Assembly (NCBI RefSeq): GCF_009914755.1
Contig: NC_060928.1
From: the human T2T-CHM13v2.0 reference genome, Homo sapiens
Direction: 5' to 3' (one strand)
Length of the DNA: 64,000 bases
Shown one piece after another: positions 13,590 to 29,705 of the stretch. The position numbers were made by a program, and so were the translations under genes. The notes beneath the pieces are model-generated. The model searched no databases and was not told where the DNA came from. It was given only the letters and a program-made list of their open reading frames with translations. How positions within the stretch are numbered: the first letter of the stretch is position 1; each line of letters begins with the position of its first letter.

Positions 13590-13825
13590 AGCTTTTCAAA
13601 ACCACAGGCTTTGCATTAAGAACCTGGGTGGAATCCCTGTTCCACTGCTTCCTAGGGTCATGACCTTGGGGCAAGCTATATAACTGATAAAAACCACAAT
13701 TTCTTCACCCACTTAATGAAGATAATAGTATCTTCCTGAGAGGTTGTAATGAGGATTAAAGGAAATATTGCACATGAACCAATTTTGCACAGCACCTGGC
13801 ACTTGGTAGGTGTTCAATAAATAGT
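13590..13825 (+). mobile_element. MIR element
   Basis: MIR core and 3' end: tgaccttggggcaag...gataatagtatct...gttgtaatgaggattaaa...cctggcacttggtaggtgttcaataaat. Confidence 0.7.
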
Positions 13826-14999
13826 ACCGATTGCGGTGGCTGAAGGCAGCCCCCAAGGTGGGAAGGCACATGGGATGTGTGGGGAGCAGTAAGTCCATCA
13901 GCTCAATAGCAAGGGAGTGCTTGAAAGGTTTGGGATAGACATCAGATTGTGGTGGGCAGCCTCAAGATAAACTGCTTAAACTTTATCAATAAAACAAAAA
14001 GTTTCTGGGCTCAGGAGTCACATGTGTTGTTGTATAAAAACCACTCTAACAACAGTGTGTGGTAGTTAGGAAAGAGACAACAGGAGCAGAAGACCAGTTA
14101 GGAAACTTCTTATGAGGAAGAGGAGATTTATTAAGCCCCTTCTTTTAGGCTAGGAGGTTTCCTAATACAGAATTATCTCTTTAATCTGCACAAAACCCCA
14201 GCTAATTATTATCTCCATTTCACAGATGAGGAAATGGAGGCTGAGACATTAAGTGAGCAAAGCTGGGATTTGCTCAACTGTCCAAGCCAGTCTATTCTGC
14301 TGCTTCCCACACACAGGAAATGCAGGCTGTGGCCCGTCAGGGCCAGTGAGGATACCAGCATATTACCTGGGTGGTAATATTGGCCATCCCAGAGAAGAGG
14401 GCAAGTTCTCTCCTGTTGCTATTTCTGTTAGGGGAAAGGCTCCTTAATGCACCCTCTTCCTGGAGGAGTAACCTTTGAAGAGCTGGTTTCTAAGGTGACC
14501 CGTAAGCTTCTAACCTCAGTGACAAGTTCCAGCCTCAGCAGGTTTAATATTTTCTGTTTGTTCTCTGGAAGGGAACAACATGACCCTTGTAGGTGAGACC
14601 ACAGACCAGCTCTTTGTGTGTGCGCCCAGACAGGAGCCACAGTGGCCCAACAGGCAAGTGCAGCTCCTTTCTCTCTTTGCTCCTGGAAAGTGCTCTTTCA
14701 CCGAGGTCAGAGCCCTCACTCAGCTCAGCCAGTCTTTGAAGAAGGTTCCCGGACTTGCACCGCACCTAACTGGCAGCAGATAAGTGGACCTAGAAGGGTG
14801 GGGAAGACTGGAGATCCTGGGGGCCCCTCTCTGAGGGTGCAGCGGGGTCTGGGGAACATGGTCTCCATTTGCACTATAAATCTTGTTTATATTCTGGTTG
14901 GCTTTGTTACAAAAAGGCAGAAGTGAAACTAAAATGTACTAGATACGCCACACATACACTATTTCAATTAACCCTTGAAACAACAATCAAATATCATCA

Positions 15000-15210
15000 G
15001 TAATAGCTAACAGTGGTGACCTTACGCCAGGTAGGCTCCTAATCACTTTATGTGCATTTTCTAATTTAATCCTCACAATATCCTAAGACATACATGCAAT
15101 TATTATCCCTATTTGATGAATGAGGACACTGGGGCATGCAGCTACCAGGTGGCAGCTACTAAGTGGCAGCTCCAGTCATTGGGCCAGGGCGGCTGGACTC
15201 CAGAGCCTGT
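15000..15210 (-). mobile_element. MIR element
   Basis: atttaatcctcacaa...attattatccctattt...tgaggacactgggg...ctggactccagagcc. Confidence 0.65.
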
Positions 15211-17052
15211 GGAGTGTCGATGCATCAGCTTCTAGGATAAGTTCAAGGGAGTTGAGGATGCTAAGAGGGAAGTCACACAAATACAAAGAGGAATAATTGG
15301 ACTTTCTCTAGCTTCCAGAAAATTCAACCTTATTTCAATCCCTACCTACTTCAGATTCCACAGCATCCTTCCCATTTTCATTATTTTTAGCTGATAATCT
15401 ATAACAATTTCAGTATTCTCCGTAATCCCCATTTGTGTAACTTCTGGAATGTTGATAGATTCCAAACCCCCATCTTCCTGCTGGTTTTATTAATAACAGG
15501 ATCATTTTGACCCAGTGTCTAGAATTGTTCTCCTGTGACTGAATGCCCGTCTTGATAACTTGCCCAACACCTCATATCTCCTGAGCATGTAGTCCTTCTA
15601 CCTGCTCACATCTGCTCATCTCGGCCTAGACCTTAACCAACTGCCTTCTGCTGAGCCCTTACCAGACTCCATGCCTAGCCTCAGTGGATCTACATACCTA
15701 GCCCATTCTCCCAGGTCTGGCCTGTCCCATCACCAGGCCAGGATTTATTCCTCCCCTGTCCTGGGACTCCTATAGGAGTCTGTTTTTTAATCAATGGAAG
15801 TAGTTAACTGAAGTTCAATTCATAGTAGCAGGGGAGCCTATGGGGGGTGAGAAAATGTTTACTCAGACCAAGCTTCAACCATAATAGCTTCAAATGGCAT
15901 GGAAACAAGGAAAGGAACATGCCTGAGAAATTCCACTAATCACTTTTAAATTTCACTCATTCATTTTCCATTAATGAAAGAGGGGGAAAAAAGCTCAGAA
16001 ATAAAGAGAAGCAGCAATGTAAACTGCAACCAAGTGTGGTTGTTGAAATCCTTCCCCTTAACCTTTCCATCTGGTACTGCAGATAGGCAGGTAACTCAAT
16101 GTCTTAAAGCCAGCACCATAAATATTTTTATTAAACTTGGGGCAGAGGTCTAAATATACTCCAAACAGCAAATTCATTTATCATTCAATCATTTGTTCAT
16201 CTGGGAAACATTTGCTAAGTGACTTACCATTTGTCTGGCACTGGGCTGGGTCCTGGTAATGCCATGTTGATCTTAAGGAACCTTGGGATGAGTGGGGAGA
16301 AGCTAGGCTGGCAAATCACATAATGATAGAGAACACTAAAATTCTGACCTAATGATAATTCTTAAAAATGATACCCTTGTAAACTATCTTTTTACTCTTC
16401 AATTATTATTAAAACAAATAAAACATTATTTTCTGCTCCAGGCTGGTGTTATTTCTTTTTTAAATTTTACTAGGAAAAGACTCTCATCACTACTTTGTCT
16501 GAAATGTCACTCTCACCCCCTCCTGGACATGCCTCTGATTCTCCCCTGTCCTTTCCTTCTCAGAACATGGATTTCACCGGGAGTTCTCCTCCCCATTGAG
16601 TTATAGCTTATTACTCTTCGGGGTTCTCTCTCACCTCTCAATCCCCCTTTTTCTTTTCTGTCCCTTCCCCACTCTTTACTTGATTCAACCTCTTTGTGAG
16701 GGGGTAAATGTTTAACCTTTTCTTAGGCTATCAAATGACATTGTATAATGGAAATCACAGGACCCACTCATTAGAGTTCTTCCAAACAAGAAAGGCCTTA
16801 CTGTGTCTGAGTGATTATGGCATCTTGAATTACAAACTCTAATAATGCTTAGTAATTACTGTTACATGCTATGTACTCTCAGCTTCTCTTCTCAGGACCC
16901 TGGGTAACCTGCATGAATACAAAGGATGTCCATGTTCCACAACTTAGATCATTATGGCTTCAACCTGCGTTACCAAACTGCCAGTGTCCTTGAAGGGTTT
17001 AGTAAGAGAAGGTGTCAGCCACAGACCTGGCTTCAGGTCTTTACTTCCCAGA

Positions 17053-17365
<313 letters not shown>

Positions 17366-17469
17366 TAGATTCCTTCAAATTGGGACAGGCTCTTAGAATT
17401 ACTGAAATGAGAAAAATTTTAACATATAAGCCCCACAAACTGTCGTATATTTATTTTTAATTCATATTT

Positions 17470-17745
17470 ATTTATCTATGTTATTTTTAGAAACAAGGTC
17501 TTGCTCTGTTGCCCAGACTGGAGTGTGTGGTGTGATCATAGCTCAGACTCCTGGGTTCAAATGTTCCACCTCAGCCTCCTGAGTAGCTTGGACTACAGGC
17601 GTGAACCACCATGCCTAGCTAATTTATTTTTATTTTATAGAGACAAAGTCTGACTATTTTGCCTAGGCTGGTCTCAAGCTGCTTGCTTCAAGCGATCCTC
17701 CCACCTCAGACTCCCAAAGCGCTGGGATTACAGGTGTGAGCCAGC
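17470..17745 (-). mobile_element. AluJ
   Basis: Diverged reverse Alu. Confidence 0.88.
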
Positions 17746-18199
17746 CAAAAATGTCAAGTTAAAAGATCAAAGCCACTTCTCAACTATTGAGGTGGCATTG
17801 CTTTCTGAACGCATTTGAGATACTAAATGTCATAAAAATAACAAATGATGGCATATTTGTGAATGGGACCAAACAGGCCTGATTAATGCAAGGCCATGGC
17901 ACAGTGTCCCGGACCAGCTGGTCATTTCTACTCTACCTCTTCTTTCTCACCATCCACTCAAAAGTACCAAGAAAAAGAAATGGGATACAAGCTAAGGACG
18001 GAGCTGGTCTGTTAATAGTTCAATAGGCAACTGGATATAGCTTTGTCCAGCACCAGCTCCCTGAAGCTATGCTACAGACAAGAATGATGTAGAATGAGCC
18101 ATAAATTTCCAGCCTCACATAACTATGATCTGGCCCAGGTACACAGCGGCCATTTTCTCAATGGCAACCTAACCAGCACTGATGCATACAAAATTTTGA

Positions 18200-19690
18200 A
18201 AGTTTTCTTCAAGATTCTCTTTGAATTTTAGAGTGGTGAAGGCTTTCTAACTGTGACTCACAATCCCAAAGCCATGAAAAACCTGATATATTCTTCTACA
18301 TAAAAATTCAAACTTCTACATGTCAAAAACACCATTAAATTAAGAGAAATTGGAAAAAAAAAAAAAACTTGCAACTCAGATCACACACAAAAGGCTCATG
18401 TACCTAATATACAAAGTTCCTAAATTGGTCAATAAGAAAAGGAGCAACCACCAAAAACAAAGTGGGCAAAGAGCAAGTACAATTTATAGGAAAAAAATCT
18501 ATAAATGGCTTGTAAACATGAAAAAATGTTCAACAACACTTAAAAGAAAATGCAAATTAGAAGTACACTGAAATATCATTTTCACTTGTCAGAATGGCAA
18601 AAATCCATAATATGATAACACATTCTGTTTTGCAAGACTGGGAAAACAGACATTCCTCACACATGGTTTGTGAGCGTGCAACTTGGTAAAACCCCTAGGA
18701 AGGGGAATTTGGCAATACCTATCAAAATTGCAAATGCATATACCAATGGCCCTACGATTTCACTTGTTGAAATTTTTTCCACAAATATATTTCACAATTA
18801 GCCAAATAACATATGTACACGGCTATTTATTGCAACAGTTTTATAGTATATGCCGAAAAATAGAATAAACGTCCATTAACAGAGGAGTAAATAAAATGAT
18901 GGCATTGCCATATAATGGAATGTGCAATCATAAAAAATAAAAAGCAAAAGAAAGATGACATGCTATGTTTTGATACAGAAAGATATACCATTGTACGGTA
19001 GATGAACCTGACAGCAATAACTTAAGCATACCCTGAGAACGACCCTGTATGGTCTATGCACCTGATTGTGTGTTCAGAGTTCCAAGTTAAGGAATTCAAG
19101 AGGAGCCAACCTGGAGATTCATTCCTCATCTATGAGGAACATCTGAACCCCTGTCAGGTCCAGCGGAACAAGAGCTGTACAGGGGATGGGGGCCCTTTGT
19201 TTTAGTTTAAATGAAGGTTGCTGGGTGGAGGTTGTTACGGGGAGAGTGCTAAGTTAAAATGTGATATAAAGTGCATGCTTTTTACAACTGGTGGCAGTTC
19301 TCCTGTCCAGCTCACTGACACTGGACCACTCTGGAAATAAGTTCCCTCTAGTAAAACCCCATATCTCGTTTGCTGGATGCGGATCTCATCTTTGGCCTCT
19401 TGAGCCTGGTGCCTTCCCTCCTGGAGTTAATAGGGGTTGGGCACGGCAATTGTTCACTGAAAAAAGCACGGTATGGAAAAACCTTTTTGTACAAAGGATT
19501 CAGGGAAGTGTGGGATAAAATTACATATTGTAATTTGCTTGTACATGCAAAAAGAATCTGGAGAACATGAAAAAATAAATACAATGGTGACCTAGAGTCG
19601 GTGATAATAGGGCTGAGAAATTTTCCACTGTATGCTGTTTAATATCTTTGGATCTTTGAACCATATAAATATATTGTTACTCAAAACTTT
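18200..19690 (+). mobile_element. Old L1M 3' region interrupted by an LTR
   Basis: L1 3'-region motifs: aaacatgaaaaaatgttcaac...aaatgcaaatt...ggcaatacctatcaaaatt...tataatggaa. Confidence 0.7.
18992..19449 (+). mobile_element. ERVL solo LTR (LTR47-like)
   Basis: Starts TGTACGGTAGATGAACCTGACAGCAATAACTTAAGCATACCCTGAGA. Internal TATA (gatataaa, about 19263) and AATAA/AGTAAA-like signals. Confidence 0.7.
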
Positions 19691-19698
19691 AAAAAATT

Positions 19699-20216
<518 letters not shown>

Positions 20217-22195
20217 CTACCCCCAATACTACCTTGTCTTGAAATGGTGTTACTTAAATACACACAAACATAAAACCAAGTATAAACTTCTTATGTTCAA
20301 AGCTCATTTATAATATAATTATAAAACCAAGCTATATTTAAAAATAAATATGGTAAAATTATAAAACCAATGAAAGTCTGAAATAACCACATTTACTTAT
20401 TGTGCAAGATGAGATTGTTTTGTTAAAACTAAATCACGACTTGATCAGAAATGCTGTACAGAGTAACATGGCCCAAGTTCTCCTGAATTCAGCATACCAC
20501 ATTATCTTTGTTACACAAAGCAGTTACTCTACCACAACTTTTCTCTATTCTTTGCTTAGTGTGCTGCAAAATCATTTGCCCTTCTTTTGCCCAAATGCAT
20601 CTGTTACATAGTCAAGCTGCCTCTGTCATTTACTCAATATCTCATAACAACTGATATGCGGTCAACCCAGTCATAAATCCAAGTGCCAACTCAAACACTA
20701 AAGTTGGGTGTCAGTGGTGAGTCATAAGGTGGTCATTCTGATAACCCCAAATAAACTTGTATCAAGGTTATCTTGTTAGCATTCTTAACATCATAACAAA
20801 AATGAAAATATCAAATTTAAAAATTATAGAGAGAACTTAGACTCTGAGAGGTATACAGATCCCCAGCAGTTCACAGAGCCTAGTGTGCAAAACACAGCCA
20901 TAATGAGTTACCATCTAATTATCTGTAATTTGTTTGAAATGCAGTGATTGCCCCTATTCACTGCCCCAGTGGAAGACTCTACTGTGGATCTGATTCTCAA
21001 GCCCCTGAGGGGTCAGACTCCTGACTACCTGGCTCTCTCCTGGCTCCTGCATCTACTTTCACCTTTGATTCTCTCTTTGCATCACTGCCCACAGCAGTGG
21101 GGCAGGCCAGGCCCCATTCTGGTGGCCACGTTCAGGCTCTCAAAGCCCAGCCTGGGGCAGAGTCCCAAACCACCTATGGCCTAGGATGGAAGCGTGGACA
21201 TTTTGTGATGCTATAATCCCCATTCAGCACAAATAACTATTTTCCATAAAGGGTACATATATTACAGTGTGCATTTGAAAGCCTCTCATTAAGTCTTATC
21301 AAAAACCAAGAAACTAATTTCCATATTAAAAATCTATTGTTCTGACTCAGAATGTGCTATTCAGCAGATTCTTGCTGAATACAGTCTCTTAAGCAAAGAA
21401 ATTTGTCATGTATTTCTGCATCCTTGGTGCCTACATGTGATAAGCACCTAATATCTGTTCCATGAGTGAACAAGTGAATAAATGAATGAATGAATGAGTG
21501 ACGAATTAGCCAGGAAGTTAAAAAAAAAAAGGGGTGGGAATGGCATAACACCCATCAAAGTACTACCTGCTGGTAAACTCCACCTGAGCAGTCAGTTGGC
21601 CTCTCTTTGCTATCTCTAGTTTCTCTAATTGCACGGAAGGAGTATTACCTTTTGCTAATTAAATTCTTTCTCCAGATAAAATTTTCTTTAAGAAATCATA
21701 GTCTACCAGAAAAATAGAGTAGAGTTTCCATGCACATTTCTTTTATTTTACTTTTTTACTTTTAACTCTAGCTCCTATAGGAGGAAGGACACATTTATTT
21801 TTAAAGTATTTGCAGAAGTAGTATAGGGAGTCATTCTGATATTTGGCCTGTTGCCATGGCTAAAGCTAAAACAAGCAGGTTCTACTGGCCCAAAGTTAAT
21901 AAAGAAAGTAAGATGGTAAACACTGTTCCACCAAATGCAATGCACACAGTTGTTATAAAGGTCACTGGCTACATACTGCAGACATTCTTTTGATACCATA
22001 TTCTGCACCAGTCAGGAATGTTGGCCATAATCCAATGAAAGGGGAAAATAAACAGAATTCTCTCAAAGTCAAGTGTTTCTGGGTTATATTAAAAAATTTT
22101 TAACTTTAAATGGTAAAAAAAAAAAAAAAGTAACAGTTTTAACAAAACTTTCAATTAATTTAAGTTAGCCATCTTAGAAAAGTAGAAATCTACTT

Positions 22196-22672
<477 letters not shown>

Positions 22673-23288
22673 GGTCGAAATCTACTTCTCTGGATGAAAA
22701 CTGAGGCACATGGAAGGTAAATAAATTTTCAGTGTCATTCTGGGGCCCATGCTAGATCCTCTTGGCAATGCTTTAACATCTTTCTATTCTTCTTACTCTT
22801 TCCTGTTTTTGGATTTTCCCTCTGTCATGCAGTCCTCATTTGCCACAGCCATTAATTGGTTACCCTCTCTGAAGGTTGACATTTCACGTTTCCCATAACG
22901 ACAGGATGAAACCACCTCATTGGATCTCAGAATGTGAAGCTCTACGTAAAAGTAAAATTACACAGACGTAATGTGTATACTAGATAATTTACTTTTCATA
23001 AGATATGAGAGATATGCATAGTTTGAACAAATCCTCAGTTTCAATGAGATTTAACTAATCCCAGAAGATTCTGATGATATGAAAATGAGATTGCACTCAA
23101 ACACATTCTCGAACTGCAATTTATCCATCACAACAGCAAAGGGCCCCATGGAGGCACCAGGGAGATGATAATTTCAGTTCCATGTAACAGGTTGCACTTC
23201 CCTTCCTTTTGATTTTCAAAATAGAATAAAAAATAATGACACAACAGGGTTTTTCTCCCTTGCCATATTCCTTTGTAAAAATCCCCTT

Positions 23289-23744
<456 letters not shown>

Positions 23745-24157
23745 TTATGCCTTCCCCCGTATAGACTCCTGGAAATCAGGCAGAAAAAAGTCTTCACCCA
23801 CTTTATGTGTCTCTTTGTGTAACTTCATAAAGCTTCAGCCCTTGAGTCCCACTCTGATTCCAGGCACTAAAAAGCTTTTTCTAAGAGTTGAATCCTTGAT
23901 ATGATAAGTAAGCCTGCATGGGACCATCATGAGTAGCTCTTCCTCATCAGGCCACTGTAACATTAATGTCTATCCTATAGCCTGGTGTTTGTCAACTGGC
24001 CACTCTGAGACCAAAGGGAACCTGGTCAGGAAAAAGCCCTCTGCCTTACATTGTTGGTACCAGGGGATATCAGATGTTGTCTAAGACTTTCAAAGATACC
24101 CTGACAAATAATGGATCTGACGGCACTGTCTAAATGAGACATCAAGAAACAGGATAT

Positions 24158-24475
24158 GGGCCGGGCATGGTGACTCATGCCTGTGATAATCCTAGCACTT
24201 TGGGAGGCCGAGGCAGGCAGATCACCTGAGGTCAGGAGTTCAAGACCAGCCTGGCCAACATGGCAAAACCCCGTCTGTACTAAAAATACAAAAATTAGCC
24301 AGGTGTGGTGGTGGGTGCTACAATCCCAGCTACTCAAAAGGATGAGACAAGGAGAATTGCTTGAACCTGGGAAGCAGGGTTGTAATGAGCCTAGATCTCA
24401 CCACTGCACTCCAGCCTGGGCAACAGAGCAAGACTCCGTCTCAAAAAAACAAAAATAAAAACAAACAACAAAAAA
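24158..24475 (+). mobile_element. AluSx-like
   Basis: Full Alu dimer. Confidence 0.92.
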
Positions 24476-25126
24476 GAAATAGAACATGAATTTGCTTGTA
24501 CATGGAATCACCTGATGCACAACGGTATGGAGCTGAGGCCCACAGGGAGCAAGTATGAGGCACGAGTACTTGCACTCTAAAATGGAGAATCCTGCAGATA
24601 TACCTTCTTACTACTGGAACTACTACTGTCCATTCTGAAGATGCTTTGAGCTGGTATTCCGAAGATTCAGAGAGTAATTGCTTGTCATCAATGAACTCAA
24701 GTTAAATGATGCTCGTCCTTTACCCAAAGACAGTCAGCCACATTCTTACTCAGACCATGGGACCATTTGAACTTGCTTTTGAGGTTCTAGAAATGCAAGG
24801 GGGAAAGGCAGGTAGGCTGCAGAGGGTTTAAGCAGGTAGACTCAAGGAAGACTGCCTGTGTTTACATACCACCAACTCAAGCACTTATTGCTGAGTAGCT
24901 TCTCACTCAGTGCCATCCTCTGCAGCACAATGATGATGGTAAGTGCTACTTATTGGCTGTTGTGTTGGTCAAGAAGAGAGCATGTGTAAGGCACTCAGCA
25001 CAGTGCCAGGCTCTCAGTAAACACTCAATTAATATTACATATTATTAGGATCACTAATTATTATGTGGAGTCTCACTGCCCAAATCCAGAAATTGTCTCC
25101 TGACTACCCATTAAAGAAGGAAAAAG

Positions 25127-25260
25127 GGCTGGGTGAGGTGGCTCACACGTGTAATCCCAGCTACTTGGTAAGCTGAAGTGGTAGGACTACTTGAGGCCAG
25201 GAGTTCGAGACCAGCGTGGCCAACATAGTGAAAACCTGTCTCTATAAAAATAAAATAAAG
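25127..25260 (+). mobile_element. FLAM / Alu left monomer
   Basis: Single Alu arm with an A tail. Confidence 0.8.
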
Positions 25261-25379
25261 GTTTCTAGAACCACCAAAATGATTGATTCACAAAAGGGTA
25301 AATGGTTTCCAAGCTGTTGCGTGTCTTATAGAATGAACACCTGGTCTAAAATCCTACACAATGGCACCATAGTTTTAAA

Positions 25380-25380
<1 letters not shown>

Positions 25381-25412
<32 letters not shown>
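25381..25412. repeat. (CA)n microsatellite
   Basis: Directly visible. Confidence 0.9.
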
Positions 25413-25413
<1 letters not shown>

Positions 25414-27865
25414 CCCAAACATTTGCAGGGTACTTCAGTGCACTCACTACAAATCTGATCGTCACAAAAACTCCTGAGGAGCAGATACAATTTTTTTTAC
25501 TTTATAGCTCTATGAAAAAAACACGCTGGTGGAATTTGGTCTCAAAGCCAAATTTTCTTATTCTAAAACCTCTCTTCTTTCCACCATACCATAAAAGAAA
25601 ATGTGCCTTAACTGGTATATTGGTGTTCCATCTGAGTGATGTGCACATTGCATAAAGCTATCTGGATGAGAGGGATGGGTGGTGCTGAAATCTAGCCCCA
25701 GCCCTGCGTGGAAGCCTGTGCCTTTCTGGTGACATAGCTCAGAAAGGATATCTTTTTCTAAGTGCACAATGCCCACATAGGCCCTACTCAGGTAACGGCT
25801 CAGAAGTCAGGCTCTTAACCATAAGTCTATGCTCACTAGTCTGCTGTCCCTAGAAGTAGTACCAGTTGAAAATGCAAATTCAAAGGAGTATTGATAAACA
25901 TACGAATAACATATAATATGCAGTGGTTTTAATTTATTAAATGGGAATGAGACTTAGAGGTATGGGAGATATTATACCTTAATCTTCTCCAGTTGACCTC
26001 CAAGACATCAAGTCTCCATGGACAGTTGCTTGTCTTTGTCAGAGACCTGTCACAGGTCTTATTTAGAAAGAAAACCAAACACTAATGGATATCTTTGGGC
26101 AGTTGCAAAATATTTAAATCTGCAAATACATTCTGCCTTAATAGCCAGATACTATTGTAAGATGTCTCAAATATAATTACAAGAAGACTTTTGGGAAATT
26201 AGAACACCTTTCCCATTTAGGACATTGTTACTGTTTACTCACCCATGTTCTCCAAGTCCTAAATAAAACACTGCTCAGTTCTTTCTTCCTCTCATTAAGT
26301 ACTTATTTAATTAACTGAAATGAAATCTGGTGTTGGTCGGGTAACATCAGCCACACCATTACAAGTTAAAACCAGTTTCAACATAGAACTCAAGTCTTCC
26401 ACAGCTGTCTGTACCAAGGAACATAACACCCCATCAAGCCCTAAAATTCCTTCACTGTTAACAGGAAACCAGGGTTTTTTTTGGTGGAAAGGGTGATTAT
26501 TTGAATCAGTAACACTTTGGGGCAAATTTCAAGGATGCTTAATGAATATCAGGAAATGAAAATTCCTATTGATACAATCCAACAGATAATATATATGTAA
26601 ATTATAACAATATACATCATGGTGACACTGTACAATACAATCGCCACTATAAAAATAGCTTCTGACTACTGATTTCAGTTACAGCATGAACTCTCCAATT
26701 TCCCCAGTCCTCATCACTGCAGACTGTCTCCTTGACGTTAGAGCTGAGTGTCAGTTTCCATTTATCACCTTGTACTCTTAAAATTAAAACTACAAGCATT
26801 GTTCATAGAAATGTACCTCTATAGCCATAAGCTGTATCTCCATCCATGGTGGAAAAACAAAAAATAAAGAGAACTACATATTTTAAAATATTTAGGAAAA
26901 GGTATCTATCTACACAATAAAGAATATTCCTAATTGTTTAAAGTTTTGAAAATTTGACTTTTACAATACAGACAATATGCCTCTTTCCTTACTCCCCTTT
27001 GAAAATAATTATGTGATTTTTTTTTAAATGCCAAGAGTTATTAAATGTCCAGATACCAATCCCTCCTTTGTTCAGCTGATGTCAGGACCAGACTTGCCCA
27101 AGAAAAGAAAAAGTCTTTCAAGAGAAATCTGGGAGATGTTTTCTACACCCTTCAGGTTTTTCCGGGACAAAAATTTGATTCTCTGTAATGCCTAGACCTC
27201 CATTTTCCCTATTAATTTCAACAAACACCGCTACAACTTTAAACTAAACATTATATTCTTATTATGTGTGTTTACATACTCATTTCCATGAAGTCATAAT
27301 CTTATTGACTATACCTGGGCAGTCTGGACAAATGGCCTCCAGATATCTGTTAAGTAGGTTTTCTGCCTGTTTCTACTTTGAGTGTCCTTGAATGAAGTCT
27401 TCACAGGGTATATGGAATCTAAAGGTTCATGAAAACTCAAGGTACATGGAACTGCCTATGCGTTCTGTTTAACTCTATATGTGACATAAAAATAATGCAC
27501 TATACCATTTCCAAAGAAATAAGCAATAGTCATTCTGTTTCACCTAGATTCAAAAAAACAAATGGGCTGACAACTTACCATTCCAAATAGTTATTGTAAA
27601 CAACATTTTTCTTTTATTTTCCTCTTCTTCCTTTCCTCCCTCCTTCTCTCCTCCGCTCTTCCTCCCTCTTCCTTTCTTCCTTCCTTCCTTCTTTCTAATG
27701 AACCTCTGCTCCATGTGGACAAGGCTCTTTCATGTATACTATCCTTACATGGTAAATGCTATTACCGAGCTGATGGCCACTTTGTAGATTTTTGATACTG
27801 CCATTGCCACGGATCCTGATTTTGTTGAGTAGATGGAGGATACTTTGCTTTTTGGATTTTTCTGA

Positions 27866-28148
27866 TTTTTTTGAGACACAGTCTCACTCTATCTCCTGGG
27901 CTGGAGTGCAGTAGCACTTCACTGCAACCTCTGCCTCCCAGGACTCAAGCAATCCTCCCATCTCAGTCTCCCGAGTAGCTGGAACCACTGGCACGTGTCA
28001 CCACACTCAGCGAATTTTTCATATTTGTTGTAGAGATGGGGTTTCGCCATGTATCCCAGGCTGGTCTTGAACTCCTGGGCTCAAGCTATTCACCCACCTT
28101 GGCCTCCCAAAGTGCTGGGATTACAGGCACGAGCCACCACACCCAGCC
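27866..28148 (-). mobile_element. AluJ
   Basis: Reverse Alu dimer. Confidence 0.9.
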
Positions 28149-28228
28149 AGATGGTGGATACTTTGATAAGAGAAAACTACATTGAGGAACACAGAATCCT
28201 AATACCATATTAGGCCATACATAACGCA

Positions 28229-28530
28229 GGCCAGGTGCAGTGGCTCACTCCTATAATCCCAGTGCTTTGGAAGGCTGAGATTGGAAGATTGTTTGAGGCC
28301 AGCCATTCAAAACCAGTCTGGGCAACATAGTGAGACCCCCATCTCTACAAAAAAATTTTTTTTAGTTATCAGGATATGGTGGGGTGTACTGTAGTCCCAG
28401 CTATTCTGGAGGTTGAGGTGGGAAGAACGTTTGAGCCAAGGAATTTGAGGCTGCAATGAGCTATGATCAAGCTGAATGCACTCCAGCCTGGGTGACAGAG
28501 CAAGACCCTGTCTCTAAAATAAAAATAATA
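28229..28530 (+). mobile_element. AluJ
   Basis: Forward Alu dimer, about 80 bp from the opposite-strand Alu. Confidence 0.9.
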
Positions 28531-29148
28531 AACACAAATTTGAAAAACCTAATTAATGTTTTTTGCTTTCAGTATCTCATTTAACCCTCACAATAAACAT
28601 GTGAGGTGGTAGGAGGAATCACTCCCATTTTCAGATAAAAAGCAGTCTCAAAGAAGTTAAGAACTACATTCGCATATTTAGCAGACACCACTGCTGGGTT
28701 TCCTTACATTCCAGAAAGGCCTTTAAGACAGCAAACTCCAAAAATGTTTAAACTCTTTCATTGCACATATAATTTACAATGAAAGATTAAATATAGAATT
28801 TCCCTTTATCAAATTCTTTCAACCTGCCCAAATAATTTCAAACAGAAAGAGATATTCTCTTTGACATTTATATTCTGTTTGAAGGACATTCCTAAGGCCC
28901 TTTGAAAGATGATTAACCCTAAAGAAACTGCCTACATTTACTAAGCTTTTTGAAAATACTATTGCCCACTCTGCATAACCATTATGGGCTCTCTAAGACA
29001 AAGATCTGGCTCATGAATAAGAGTGGAAAAAAAAAAGTATTTATCTAAGGACTTTATAAAATCCTGTGTTCATCTAAACTTTAATGAAATGGGTTATAGG
29101 CACATCAGAAATAAAAATCTGCAAGTGACTTTTATAAGCATATATGTC

Positions 29149-29450
29149 AGCTGGGCATGGTAGCTCACGCCTGTAATTCCAATACTTTGGGACATTGAGG
29201 CAGGAGGATCACTTAAGCACAAGAGTTGGAGACTAGCCTGGGCAACATAGTGAGACCCATCTCTACTAAAAATCACAAAAAATTAGCCGGGCATCATGTA
29301 TGTGTCTGTACTCCCAGCTACCTGTGGACTGAGGCAGGAGAATCACTTGAGCCCAGGAGTTCAAGGCTGCAGTGAGCTATAATTGCACCACTGCACTCCA
29401 GCCCAGATGACAGAGCAAAACCCTGTCTTAAATAAGTAAATAAAAATAAA
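29149..29450 (+). mobile_element. AluJ
   Basis: Alu dimer. Confidence 0.9.
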
Positions 29451-29705
29451 AGTGTACATGTCAAAGTTTAGTACAGTTATTGCACAGTGAATAGCAAGAC
29501 CTACTGTGGCGTACAATAACATCCAATTGAGCACAGTCCCTGTGACAAACTGAAATGACAACAACAACAAGAGATAAGAGCTGTCTTTTGCTAGACAACC
29601 AGAGTGTTTACTGGCACTAAGAAAGCGGGGATGGATCACAGCTCATTATACATATTTCTAGCAAGGATACAACCTAACCTACTTATGTTGTAAAAAAGTT
29701 ACCGA

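Noticed and set aside
14253-14926. Cluster of overlapping short ORFs in a GC-richer unique patch
   Set aside because: No recognisable protein similarity, and no convincing splice-site pair in the TBC1D9 frame. It may be regulatory, but the sequence alone does not support that.
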